Shown: positions 28,206 to 37,663 of the stretch, one piece after another
How the letters are laid out: each line of letters opens with the position of its first letter
Position numbering within the stretch: the stretch's first letter is position 1
The notes under the pieces: model-generated
What the model was told of the DNA's origin: nothing
Database searches by the model: none
The model's input: the letters and a program-made list of their open reading frames with translations, nothing else
Translations under genes and position numbers: made by a program
From: Candidatus Dojkabacteria bacterium
Lineage (GTDB): Bacteria > Patescibacteriota > Dojkabacteria > SC72
Length of the DNA: 64,000 nt
NCBI GenBank assembly: GCA_012513575.1
Contig: JAAZBX010000004.1
Coordinates: 11,481-75,480, forward strand
Direction of reading: 5' to 3'

Positions 28206-28666
28206 CAAACATCCAGTATCTCGTACTTAATCTTCTTCTCACCGACCTCTATTTCAACTATATCTCCCTTTTTTGCTCTTATAAAAGCCCTCCCAACTGG
28301 AGAATTATCAGAAATCTTGTTCTTCAAGGGATCTGCCTCAACATTTGATACAATTGTATATGTTACTACCTTCCCATTTGCTCTAGCCTTCACTTCTGAG
28401 CCAATCTGTATTTTACTCTTACAAGAAGTTTTCTTTATTATTTTAGCATTTGAAATCATTTCTTTTGTCTCACTAATCTCTTCATCAATATTTTGTATCT
28501 CTGAAGTAACTGCATTGATTGCATCAGTATCTTCACTAACATCGCTTAATCTCGCCTGCTCAAGATTCTTAACGAATTCTTTCTTTGTCTTTTTAAGCTT
28601 TAAAAGCTTCTCCTTTAGCTCAAGATACATATCTTGAGAAATAATAATATCATTGTTCTTTTTCAT
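28202..28666 (-). CDS. GreA/GreB-family transcript cleavage factor paralog (divergent coiled-coil tip)
   Basis: N-terminal coiled coil plus C-terminal FKBP-like domain (VTYTIVSNVEADPLKNKISDNSPVGRAFI). The tip is LSDVSEDTDAINAV rather than the canonical GDLxENAEY. Confidence 0.7.
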   Translation of the reverse strand: MKKNNDIIISQDMYLELKEKLLKLKKTKKEFVKNLEQARLSDVSEDTDAINAVTSEIQNIDEEISETKEMISNAKIIKKTSCKSKIQIGSEVKARANGKVVTYTIVSNVEADPLKNKISDNSPVGRAFIRAKKGDIVEIEVGEKKIKYEILDVC

Positions 28667-28724
28667 ATTAACATCAAAAACAAATAAAATACTATGAGAA
28701 AATTACTTATTTGATAACTAAGGA

Positions 28725-29372
28725 TTATACCATTTTTTGACTATTCTTTCGAAATTTTTCAATCTCTTTATGATTCCCTGAAAGAAGTACTTCTGGAACC
28801 TTCCAGCCATTAAATTCTTCTGGTTTGGTATATTGCGGGAAGTCATATAAATCATTTGTAAAACTCTCTGTTTCCAGTGATTGCTCATTTCCTAATACTC
28901 CTGGAAGAAGTCTAGTAATACTATCCACAAGGATTAGTGCTGGCAACTCCCCTCCTGAAAGAACATACTCTCCAACAGAAAATTCGTAATTGACTAAGTT
29001 ATCATGAATTCTTTGATCAAACCCCTCATACCTTCCACAAAGAATAATCATATGCAAATCCTTTTTGTTTGAGAAACTCAATACTTTTTTTTGAACTAAT
29101 TTCTCACCTTTTGGCGTAGTTATTGCAACGATAGTATTTTTCTTTTTCAATTCTTTAATTGCCCTATAGATTGGTTCTACTTTCATTATCATTCCAGGAC
29201 CACCACCATACGGTGTGTCATCCACTGTTTTATGCCTATCATCAGTCCATCTTCTCAAGTCATGTACATTGATTTCAACAAGATCCTTCTTCTTAGCAAT
29301 TCTAAGAATTCCAGTATTAATATATTCCTCAACTATATTGGGGAATATTGTTACTATATCAAACTTAATCAT
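28725..29372 (-). CDS. trmD: tRNA (guanine37-N1)-methyltransferase
   Basis: MIKFDIVTIFPNIVEEYINTGILRIAKKK... and the SPOUT knot motifs (YGGGPGMIM; LSGGELPALILVDSITRLLPGVLG). Confidence 0.9.
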   Translation of the reverse strand: MIKFDIVTIFPNIVEEYINTGILRIAKKKDLVEINVHDLRRWTDDRHKTVDDTPYGGGPGMIMKVEPIYRAIKELKKKNTIVAITTPKGEKLVQKKVLSFSNKKDLHMIILCGRYEGFDQRIHDNLVNYEFSVGEYVLSGGELPALILVDSITRLLPGVLGNEQSLETESFTNDLYDFPQYTKPEEFNGWKVPEVLLSGNHKEIEKFRKNSQKMV

Positions 29373-29456
29373 ATGGATATTATATATTTTCTATCAACAA
29401 ATTTCACCTACCAAATTACGCTTAATCCACATTTCCCAATGAGGGGAATCTTGTAA

Positions 29457-29531
29457 TGGTACCGCTACGGGGAATCGAACCCCGATTGTAGGATTGAGAA
29501 TCCTATGTCCTAACCGTTAGACGATAGCGGC
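29457..29531 (-). tRNA. tRNA-Glu (anticodon CTC), CCA encoded
   Basis: Reverse complement GCCGCTATCGTCTAACGGTTAGGACATAGGATTCTCAATCCTACAATCGGGGTTCGATTCCCCGTAGCGGTACCA. Anticodon stem TAGGA/TCCTA with loop TT-CTC-AA. T-loop TTCGATT. Position 1-72 is a G.U pair. Confidence 0.7.
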
Positions 29532-29613
29532 ATTACTTAACCAAGTAATTCTATCATACTACACAACAAAGATGTTAATTATACTATTTTTCTACTCTTT
29601 TTGTCATATGGTC

Positions 29614-29642
29614 TTGACAACAAAATCCTCAGTGTATATTAT
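29614..29642 (+). promoter_or_regulatory. candidate sigma70 promoter for greA
   Basis: TTGACA(29614-29619), 17 nt spacer, TATTAT(29637-29642), 28 nt upstream of the greA ATG. Confidence 0.45.
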
Positions 29643-29670
29643 CAGTCGCATTTAAGTTAGCATTTACGAA

Positions 29671-30132
29671 ATGGATAGTACTGGAGATTTCTTGATAACA
29701 AAAGAAGGTTTAGAAAAACTTGAGACTGAACTCAAAGAGAGAGAGGGCAAGGTAAGAAAACATATTGCAAATACCCTTGATGAAATGAGAAATCAAGGAG
29801 ATTTGAGAGAAAACGATGCGTATTCAATGGCAATTGAAGAACAACATATTAATGAGGAGAGGATTCTTGAAATAAGGTTGAAGATAAAGAATGCAAAAGT
29901 TGTTAAAGATAGAGGAAAAGATACGGTAGGAGTCGGAGATACTGTTGTTTTGGAAGGCGAGAAGAAGCTTGAGTATCAACTGGTAAGTGAAGAAGAAACG
30001 AACCCTTTAGAAGGCAAAATTTCCTATCTCTCACCCATTGGGAAATCTGTAATGGGAAAGAAGATTGGAGAGAAGATTCAGATTGAGACCCCAAAGGGGA
30101 GCATATCTTACAAAATTGTTTCAATAGGCTAA
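29671..30132 (+). CDS. greA: transcription elongation factor GreA (canonical)
   Basis: GDLRENDAY acidic-tip motif (the GDLxENAEY analogue). C-terminal FKBP-like domain (LEGKISYLSPIGKSVMGKKIGE). Confidence 0.85.
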   Translation: MDSTGDFLITKEGLEKLETELKEREGKVRKHIANTLDEMRNQGDLRENDAYSMAIEEQHINEERILEIRLKIKNAKVVKDRGKDTVGVGDTVVLEGEKKLEYQLVSEEETNPLEGKISYLSPIGKSVMGKKIGEKIQIETPKGSISYKIVSIG

Positions 30133-30836
30133 GGATGAACTAATGTACCATCAGAGAAAAGTTCTGCAATAGATTGTTTCTTAGCGATATTTTCTCCTCC
30201 ACAGATAAAAAAGGAAATCCCCTTATTCTTACAAAAGTTCGCACAGCCTCTATCAATTGGAATACTGCCATTTGCTTCATGCGAATCATTTTCTGTAATA
30301 GAGAATAGGTCAAAATAATCATCCCAGCTCATATCTTTAAATGATTTAGCATTGGGATTTTTGTCTGGGTCTTCATCATAGATATAATCAATGTTAGATA
30401 TCTTGTATACCCTTTTTTCTTGAAGAATATCTGCAAAAACAACTGAATCCATATCTGTACTCCAACCCGACTTCAAACCACCGCTTACAATCGTCCCTGG
30501 GCCCTCTTTAACAAGGTGTTCATATGCATCCCCTAATGTCTTAGGTATCAATATGCTACTGTCTCCTAAATAGCCTGCTAGAAGCTCTGCACTCGTTTGA
30601 GTTACAGACATTGCAATATTATGCAAAGCTAACTGATTTTGGATATTACCTTGCATCCTTTCTTGGAGATGCCTAGACATTGCCCCCCCTCCAGTGATAA
30701 ATACAACCTTCTCAAATTGCCCCCTATTCTCAACATACCAGCTTTTTAGTTTACCCATAATCCCAAAATTAATATCCTGATTCTCTTGATATAGAACTGA
30801 TCCCCCAATTTTTAATACTACATCTCTTTTATCCAT
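30129..30836 (-). CDS. pyrH: amino-acid-kinase-fold UMP kinase, archaeal-type
   Basis: VLKIGGSVL, ITGGGA, TDMDSV, IDYIYDEDPDKNPNAKSF (compare VDGVYTADPKKDP). I set the start at MDKRDV (30836); the track ORF extends to 30893. Isopentenyl phosphate kinase is a less likely alternative. Confidence 0.6.
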   Translation of the reverse strand: MDKRDVVLKIGGSVLYQENQDINFGIMGKLKSWYVENRGQFEKVVFITGGGAMSRHLQERMQGNIQNQLALHNIAMSVTQTSAELLAGYLGDSSILIPKTLGDAYEHLVKEGPGTIVSGGLKSGWSTDMDSVVFADILQEKRVYKISNIDYIYDEDPDKNPNAKSFKDMSWDDYFDLFSITENDSHEANGSIPIDRGCANFCKNKGISFFICGGENIAKKQSIAELFSDGTLVHP

Positions 30837-30840
30837 TGCG

Positions 30841-31638
30841 TTAAATAGTAAAAATAAGAGCCAAAGCAAAAAGTACATAAAGAACAGGTGCAAGGTAATC
30901 AGACAATTTAACTTTTCCTGAGAACCTAATATTCCACAAAGAAATAATTAAATAGAAAGACAAAGCTCCTACTGCTGGCAACATAAATATGCTTCTATTC
31001 CAAAAAGGCACCAATGATGCTGATACAAAAATAGAACTTGCAAAGGCAAAGAGGATTTCTAAACCTCCAAACCTATCGTGTAATTTCAGAACAAAAAGAT
31101 ACAAGATAAAGGAGGAAGTGAAACTAAGTAGTAAAAACTCTATCATCGAGAAACCTATTCGAAGGAAAGCGTTTAACAAAAGGTATAGAGTTGTAATACA
31201 CATAAAATCAAATATAGCTTTCGTAGCAATATGTATTGTGTAAAATTTCCTCATGGAGCTTTTTACATTTAGAAAAAGAACTAAGAGAAGAATCATACAC
31301 ATACCTAAAACAAAATGCCCAAGAAGGATATTTCTGTTGTAAAAAAGAAAAACAAGAAGTGAAAGATAGAATATTCCTGGAAGAATAAAATATGAGAAGA
31401 ACCTCTTTTTAAGTGATATCTTCATAAGAACATTGCTGTATTTTGAAATTTTCTTTTTGGAATATTGGTCAAAAGTTACAGCGAACCAAACTTCTAAAAG
31501 AAGAAAACCTACCAAACCAATTATTATAGAGGTTGAAAGTTTAGCAGAAAAAACAGAATCAAAAAAAATCTCAGTAATTAACACAAGTAGAAAAAGGTAC
31601 AGTAATTCATTTTTTATTTCTATTTTTTCATTTTTCAT
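30841..31638 (-). CDS. polytopic membrane protein (7-8 TM), unknown function
   Basis: Hydrophobic ORF. No motif. Confidence 0.5.
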   Translation of the reverse strand: MKNEKIEIKNELLYLFLLVLITEIFFDSVFSAKLSTSIIIGLVGFLLLEVWFAVTFDQYSKKKISKYSNVLMKISLKKRFFSYFILPGIFYLSLLVFLFYNRNILLGHFVLGMCMILLLVLFLNVKSSMRKFYTIHIATKAIFDFMCITTLYLLLNAFLRIGFSMIEFLLLSFTSSFILYLFVLKLHDRFGGLEILFAFASSIFVSASLVPFWNRSIFMLPAVGALSFYLIISLWNIRFSGKVKLSDYLAPVLYVLFALALIFTI

Positions 31639-31653
31639 AGGCAGTATTCTATC

Positions 31654-33042
31654 TTATGTTACTACACCAGAGAAACCGTTGAAAATTGCAACTGCAATAA
31701 CAAGCCACCAAACTCCAACAGTAAATAATTCTCCAACCGAATCCTTAATTCTTCCCCTTTTTGTATACCAAACAACTTGAGCACAAAGGAGTAAAAAGAC
31801 AAATAATACAATTCCAATATTTATTCCATCCTTCACACTTAGTCCCATCGTTGGAATAATTTTAATATCTTCCTGTTCCTTCTCTTTGAAATATTCAGAT
31901 ACATCCAAGGTTGATGAGTTTCCAACAGAATCCGAGACAACTATCTCTACCTTGCTTGTATCCATTGTTTTAGGAATCTCTACATTAGCAGAGGTAATAA
32001 CTTCAGATTTTGGAACTGGCAAAATTTCCGAGCTGATTACAACATCCGCTTGATTCCACTCACCTATTATTTCAAAAGAAAGGGTAAACTTATCGGAAGA
32101 ATTTATTACCTTTACACTCTCTTTTGATACAATTGGTGGCTTTGAATCTATTGTAAATGCCGTTTCGGCAGATTTAATATCAGTTCCTTGAATATTTGCG
32201 ATTATTCTATGTTCACCTTCACTCCAATCACTTTCTTTACTAAATTCCCATGTATTACCCTCTGAATCTGCAGTTCCAATTAATTGACTACTTTCTACTA
32301 TTGCCACGGAATATTCACCCTGTGTATTTGTGGTCTCTCCTTTTATTTTAACGGCTGGATCTGTTACCATAGCCCCAATTTCGGGAGAAGTTATTCTAAT
32401 ACTTCTGATTTCTCCTTGCTCGGTAGGCGTAATTACCTTCTGACTGCCAGTTACTACTTTGGGCGTTGAAGAGGGAGTTGAAGTTACACCTTGAACAGAT
32501 GCTGTTAAATTACCAAACATCTGTACAACCAAAATCGTCTGTTTCCCCAGTAATGTACCCTCTACCACTGCAATCCCTATATCTTTGTAGTGAGGACTTA
32601 AAATATTGTCTCTATGCGTAGGACTAACCATCCACGCCTCAACTAACCCCTCAGAGGTTCTAAAACCTTTTCCTAAATTTTCTCCAGCATATACATAGTT
32701 ATAACCAGCAGCTCTTATAAATTGCCATGGGGTTTCGCCGTTGGGACCAAAATGATCCCAATACTGCTTTGCAAACATGTCATTTGCCTTTGCTAAGGCT
32801 GCCGTAGAAAGCTTTGCATTATTTATTAGCTCGGGAAGTCCCGAAGAACGCCTTTCTTGATTAGTAAGCGAAATAATATTTGCTGGAGTAATTGAGCTTG
32901 CATAAGCCTGATCAATTTCAAATATTCCTCCGAAGTAGTTAACCACAAGAAGCATAATTGTATATGTGACAATTGCAATCTTCCTTAACAAATAAGGCTT
33001 ATTCTTGTTTCTACTTGTTGGAACTAAAAAGTCGTTTAACAT
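31654..33042 (-). CDS. CAP/SCP/PR-1-like domain protein with Ig-like repeats, N- and C-terminal TM anchors
   Basis: CAP signature: LTNQERRSSGLPEL...AWMVSPTHRDNILSPHYKDIGIAVV. Followed by beta-rich repeats and a C-terminal hydrophobic helix. Confidence 0.7.
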   Translation of the reverse strand: MLNDFLVPTSRNKNKPYLLRKIAIVTYTIMLLVVNYFGGIFEIDQAYASSITPANIISLTNQERRSSGLPELINNAKLSTAALAKANDMFAKQYWDHFGPNGETPWQFIRAAGYNYVYAGENLGKGFRTSEGLVEAWMVSPTHRDNILSPHYKDIGIAVVEGTLLGKQTILVVQMFGNLTASVQGVTSTPSSTPKVVTGSQKVITPTEQGEIRSIRITSPEIGAMVTDPAVKIKGETTNTQGEYSVAIVESSQLIGTADSEGNTWEFSKESDWSEGEHRIIANIQGTDIKSAETAFTIDSKPPIVSKESVKVINSSDKFTLSFEIIGEWNQADVVISSEILPVPKSEVITSANVEIPKTMDTSKVEIVVSDSVGNSSTLDVSEYFKEKEQEDIKIIPTMGLSVKDGINIGIVLFVFLLLCAQVVWYTKRGRIKDSVGELFTVGVWWLVIAVAIFNGFSGVVT

Positions 33043-33089
33043 GAGTTAGTATAGTTTAATGTATTTTCTTGTTTTAGTAAACAGAAAAG

Positions 33090-33113
33090 GACCCATACGG
33101 ATCCTTTTCCTCA
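33090..33113 (-). terminator. candidate stem-loop terminator downstream of the HU gene
   Basis: AAAAGGAcc-catac-ggaTCCTTTT hairpin with flanking T/A tracts. Read on the minus strand it is followed by a T-rich run. Confidence 0.4.
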
Positions 33114-33144
33114 TTTCTTTATCTACAAAGAAATACCGGCAGTC

Positions 33145-33417
33145 TTACTTAACAACAGCTCTCAAAGCTTTTCCTGCCTTGAATGCTGGAACCTTTGTTG
33201 CTGGGAGCTTGATCTTAGCAAGAGTCTTAGGATTGATTCCTGTTCTTGCTGCTCTTGTTCTAACTTCGAATTTACCGAAGCCTGTCAAGAGTACTGGCTC
33301 TCCCTTCTTAAGAGAATCAGAGATTGCATCCAATACTGCCTCTAATGCTGCACCAGCCTGTTTCTTTGTAAGGCCTGTTGCTGCAATTTTGTCGATTAAA
33401 TCTTTTTTTAACATTGT
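33145..33417 (-). CDS. hup: DNA-binding protein HU
   Basis: [12 protein letters not shown]...[20 protein letters not shown]...FKAGKALR. Start set at MLKKD; the track ORF has a spurious 5' extension. Confidence 0.9.
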   Translation of the reverse strand, partial: TMLKKDLIDKIAATGLTKKQAGAALEAVLDAISDSLKKGEPVLLTGFGKFEVRTRAARTGINPKTLAKIKLPATKVPAFKAGKALRAVVK

Positions 33418-33793
33418 AGTAACCTCCTTTCTTTTTTTGATATATACACAAATGGCTCTCGTAAAAGATATTTGTGTATATCCATCTCTAAAATATGAAA
33501 AAGAAAGCAATTGGTCAAGGAAGAAAACACTATAAGTTATTAGGTGGGATTAATAAAAATCCTTTAATACTATACTCTTTTAGAATCCAAGACTTATTAA
33601 GATTAAAATAAACAATAAATTTACCCAAGAGGGAAGCTCTTAAAGCATTGCCACAACAACACATTTCACACTTTCAACTAATTTTACTTCTAAATGGCAA
33701 TTAAATGCCTAATATCAACAAAATAATGAGAATGAGAAATAATACCAACCATCCCTATAGAATTTCCTACTAGAAGATAACGCTATTACAGCA

Positions 33794-35338
33794 CTATTTT
33801 GCTATATCTGTTGCCCTTGTTTCTCGAATCACTGTAACTTCTACATTACCAGGATAGCTTTGCTTGGACTCTATCTCCTTTGCAATATCTCTGGCCATCA
33901 CAATTGCCTCATCATCAGAAACTATTTTTGGATTTACAATTATTCTAATCTCTCTACCAGCCTTAATAGCAAATACATCTTGAATTCTTTCTCCTCCAAC
34001 TTCTTTTGCTGCTGCTTCTATTCCCTCAATTCTTTGAATATACTGTTCATAGCTGTCTTTTCTTGCCCCTGGTCTTGATCCTGAAATTGCATCAGCGAGA
34101 TAAATAACTACTGCCTCGGGAGTTTGCGGATCAATATCCAAATGATGAGCCTCAATGGCATTAATAAGCTTTTCATCTAGCATATATTTTCGAGCAATTT
34201 GCCCAGAAATATGATGATGAGGGCTATCAACTTTATGTGTTAGAACCTTTCCTACATCATGCAACAAAGCTGCCTTCTTAACTAATGACACATCTGCTCC
34301 AATTTCATTTGCCAAAACTTCTGCAAGTCTAATTACTTCTATCGTATGGGACATAAGTGATTGGCCATAACTACTTCTATACTTCATTTTCCCTACTAAT
34401 TTCATCAATCCCAAGTCCATATCTGGCCATCCCGCTTCGTCTGCAAGAATTTGTCCGTTTTTCTTTATCTCCGCTGAAATGTCATTTTTTGCTTTTCTAA
34501 CCGACTCCTCGATCGAACCTGGATGAATTCTTCCATCAGCAATTAACTTTGTCATCGCTACATAAGCAATTTCTCTCCTCAAAGGATCAAATGATGATAG
34601 AGCGATAGCATTTGGGGACTCATCTACAATTACATCAACACCTGTTAACTGTTCAAAAGACCTAATATTTCTACCTTCTTTTCCAATTACCCTACCTTTT
34701 ACCTTTTCATCTTCCACCTTAATACTCTTTGTTGTTGTCTCTCCAACATAATCGGTAGCAACTTTTTGCATTGCTTCAACAAGAATCTTTTGTGCTTTCT
34801 CGTCAGCAATCACTTCAATATTTTTTTCGGCCTGTCTAATCTTCTTTGCCTCATACTCCTTCATATCCTGATCGATCTCCTCAACCAATTTCTCTCGGGC
34901 CTCTTCTTTTGAAAGACCTGAAATCCTCTCCAACTCCTTTTTTAACTCATTTCTGTCTTCCTCTAGCCTCTCAATACTATCCTTTAACTTAACCTCTCTA
35001 GAATTTAAGTCCTCACTCTTTTCATCTAACAATCTTGATCTTTTGTTAAGTTTCTTTTCTCTCTCAATTAAAATTTCTTCATGCTCCGTACTTTCTCTTC
35101 TCATCTCTTTTATTCTCTTTTCTTCTCTTTCCTTCATCTCGTCAATTTCCTGCTCGGCCCTTTTCATCCTATCTCCCATAATTCGCTTCGCTGCATTCTC
35201 TATTTCGCTAGCTGGGATATCTTTTACATTCACCCACTTAAAAACGAATTTCAATATTAGAACCGTTGCAAGTGCAACAACAAACGCCACCCCTAACGAG
35301 AGTAGCACCATTACAGATATATTATCCATATCAACCAA
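33794..35338 (-). CDS. rny: ribonuclease Y
   Basis: N-terminal TM, long coiled coil, KH domain (VIGKEGRNIRSFEQLTGVDVIVD), HD domain (LLHDVGK). Confidence 0.9.
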   Translation of the reverse strand: MVDMDNISVMVLLSLGVAFVVALATVLILKFVFKWVNVKDIPASEIENAAKRIMGDRMKRAEQEIDEMKEREEKRIKEMRRESTEHEEILIEREKKLNKRSRLLDEKSEDLNSREVKLKDSIERLEEDRNELKKELERISGLSKEEAREKLVEEIDQDMKEYEAKKIRQAEKNIEVIADEKAQKILVEAMQKVATDYVGETTTKSIKVEDEKVKGRVIGKEGRNIRSFEQLTGVDVIVDESPNAIALSSFDPLRREIAYVAMTKLIADGRIHPGSIEESVRKAKNDISAEIKKNGQILADEAGWPDMDLGLMKLVGKMKYRSSYGQSLMSHTIEVIRLAEVLANEIGADVSLVKKAALLHDVGKVLTHKVDSPHHHISGQIARKYMLDEKLINAIEAHHLDIDPQTPEAVVIYLADAISGSRPGARKDSYEQYIQRIEGIEAAAKEVGGERIQDVFAIKAGREIRIIVNPKIVSDDEAIVMARDIAKEIESKQSYPGNVEVTVIRETRATDIAK

Positions 35339-35539
35339 TTTTAAAATTTATCATACTCCTTTAGAGTAGATCCTAGGAAAATCAGGCCGTAATCGACCCT
35401 AAACTATAAAAAACAAGTTTTCTAAAATTTCAAATTTCATATACTAACAATAATATTTCTACTTTTATCAAAAATCTGTTTTCCCCTAGAACCTTTTGCT
35501 ATAAGGAATAAGTAATCATACCATTTTTTCAAAATCACC

Positions 35540-36577
35540 TCAATAACTCTGTTGGTTTAAACTCTCAATTATCCTTTGATAGTATCGAAGATTATGTATC
35601 GTGGTTAAAGTCAAACCAGTAACTTCATCTACTTTAATAAGATGATGGATGTATGCTCTAGAGTGCTTCTGACAGGTATAACAATCACAATTTGAATCAA
35701 TTGGCCTTTCATCCAAAGAATATTCGGCATTTTTTATCCTTAGAACACCATTTTCACAATCATTAGAGTAAAGAGTTCCATGTCTTGCATTTCTAGTTAC
35801 TAATACAGTATCAAAAACCTTATATCCTAAACCCGCCACAATCTTTATATCCTCTGGTTTGCCAACTCCCATCGCATATTTAAATTTCTCCTTTGGAGTA
35901 TTTTCTATAACAGCTCTCATTTCATCCAAGACCAGTTCACCATTGTCTGCGATAACAAAACCTCCAAAATTATATCCATCAAAACCAATTGCACTAAGCT
36001 CCTGAGCACATTTTTTTCTTAAATCTAAGAAATTTGCTCCCTGGACTACACAACTTAAAAGTTTTCCCGTCTCCTTCGTTCCTCCATATTTTTCTTCAAA
36101 GTGCTTCTTGCATCTACTAGCCCAATCGATAGTTCTTGATACCGATTCTTCCGCCTCAATTCTTTCGATATTTGTACTTCTACAATCATCTAATGTAACA
36201 AGAACATCTGACCCTATCGCCATTTGCATATCTATTGAACTCTCAGGGGTCAATTCGTACATGTCCCCAGTTCTAGGAGATTTGAATGTTGCGCCATTAT
36301 CATGTACAACTCCTTTCCATTTCTTTGAATGAATTAGCGAAAACACCTGAAAGCCTCCTGAGTCGGTAAGGACTGTACCTTTCCAATTCATAAAGTTCTT
36401 TATTCCACCCAATTTTTTCATTTTTTCCAAGCCTGGAGTCATAAGTAAATGAAGAGTATTTGTTACTATTGCTTCAGTTCCTGTATCTTCTAATTGCTTT
36501 GATGTTAATGCCCTTACAGCTCCTCTTGTAGCATCAGGCATAAAAACAAATTTTTTACCAAAGTCAGAAATTTCCAT
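35540..36577 (-). CDS. tgt: queuine tRNA-ribosyltransferase
   Basis: LTDSGGFQVFSL catalytic Asp block. Zinc site CDCYTCQKHSRAYIHHL. Confidence 0.9.
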   Translation of the reverse strand: MEISDFGKKFVFMPDATRGAVRALTSKQLEDTGTEAIVTNTLHLLMTPGLEKMKKLGGIKNFMNWKGTVLTDSGGFQVFSLIHSKKWKGVVHDNGATFKSPRTGDMYELTPESSIDMQMAIGSDVLVTLDDCRSTNIERIEAEESVSRTIDWASRCKKHFEEKYGGTKETGKLLSCVVQGANFLDLRKKCAQELSAIGFDGYNFGGFVIADNGELVLDEMRAVIENTPKEKFKYAMGVGKPEDIKIVAGLGYKVFDTVLVTRNARHGTLYSNDCENGVLRIKNAEYSLDERPIDSNCDCYTCQKHSRAYIHHLIKVDEVTGLTLTTIHNLRYYQRIIESLNQQSY

Positions 36578-36605
36578 TTTATAATTAAAGTTTAATAAAA
36601 ATCAT

Positions 36606-37634
36606 TTATACTATCAACATACTATCTCCATAACTTAAAAACATATATCCATTTTTTAAAGCTTCTTGATAGGCATTTTTTATCAATCTTTTACCAGCAA
36701 AAGAAGAAACTAGCAATATCAACGATGAATCTGGCATATGGAAGTTTGTTACTAGATGATCTACTACTTTCCATTTATATCCTGGGTATATATAGACATT
36801 AGTCGTTCCAGTAAATTCTGAAAGCATCCCTGAATCATCAGCACAACTCTCAAGTAACCTCGCAACAGTTGTACCAAAAGCCCAGACCGAACCACCTTCT
36901 TCTTTTACTCTGTTAATTTCAATTGCAGCTGTCTTTGATAAAGAGATTTCTTCTTCATGAATAATATGATCTTCGATATTTTCTTCCTTTATTGGTGCGA
37001 ATGTTCCCCAACCCACCTTTAATTCTACCTTAACAATCTTTGCCCCTTTCTCCTCAATTCTTTTTAATATCTCTTCTGTCAAATTTAAACTAGCCGTAGG
37101 AGATGCTACCGAACCTACATTCTGTCCAAATACAGTATTGTATCTTTCGTAATCTTCTTTTGTGTCAAACCTCTTCATGTATGGAGGAATCGGAGTATGA
37201 CCAATCTTTTGAAATATCTCTTCCTCAGAGAATGGAGAAAGTAATTCAACAACCCTACCATTTTCTTTCTTTTCTTTAATACGAACCTGAATTAATTGTT
37301 CTCTCTCGTTGGTTAGTAGGATTCCATCTTTAAGGAGTTTACTTTTTTTTATTAATGCGAACCAATTCCCCTCTTTCTGCTTGTTCAAAAAAAGAATCTC
37401 AAACAATCTCCCTTTACTATCGTGGAAAAAAGTTCTTCTTTTCTCAACCTTCGTATCATTAATCACTACGACATCTCCTTTGTTAATATATTCAACACAA
37501 TCTGGATACTTCTTGTGAAGAATATGACCATTACTTCTATCAAGTACCAGAAGCTTGGTTGTTCCTCTTTTCTTCGGAGGGTACTTGGAGATTCTATCCT
37601 CTGGAAGAATATATTTAAATTCTGACATTTTCAT
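36606..37634 (-). CDS. queA: S-adenosylmethionine:tRNA ribosyltransferase-isomerase
   Basis: MKMSEFKYILPEDRISKYP N-terminus typical of QueA. Lies 28 bp upstream of tgt. Confidence 0.85.
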   Translation of the reverse strand: MKMSEFKYILPEDRISKYPPKKRGTTKLLVLDRSNGHILHKKYPDCVEYINKGDVVVINDTKVEKRRTFFHDSKGRLFEILFLNKQKEGNWFALIKKSKLLKDGILLTNEREQLIQVRIKEKKENGRVVELLSPFSEEEIFQKIGHTPIPPYMKRFDTKEDYERYNTVFGQNVGSVASPTASLNLTEEILKRIEEKGAKIVKVELKVGWGTFAPIKEENIEDHIIHEEEISLSKTAAIEINRVKEEGGSVWAFGTTVARLLESCADDSGMLSEFTGTTNVYIYPGYKWKVVDHLVTNFHMPDSSLILLVSSFAGKRLIKNAYQEALKNGYMFLSYGDSMLIV

Positions 37635-37663
37635 ATTCTGTGTATTATAGTAGAATATTCACT

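Noticed and set aside
33059-33535. Plus-strand 158-aa ORF overlapping the hup locus
   Set aside because: It is antisense to the highly conserved HU gene. No motif. Spurious.
33511-33793. A 280-bp AT-rich spacer upstream of hup as a possible small RNA
   Set aside because: No conserved ncRNA signature (6S, tmRNA, SRP) and no convincing stem-loops. It most likely holds the hup promoter region.
35339-35539. A 200-bp spacer between tgt and rny as a candidate ncRNA
   Set aside because: No recognisable structure or conserved motif. It is probably promoter/UTR for rny.
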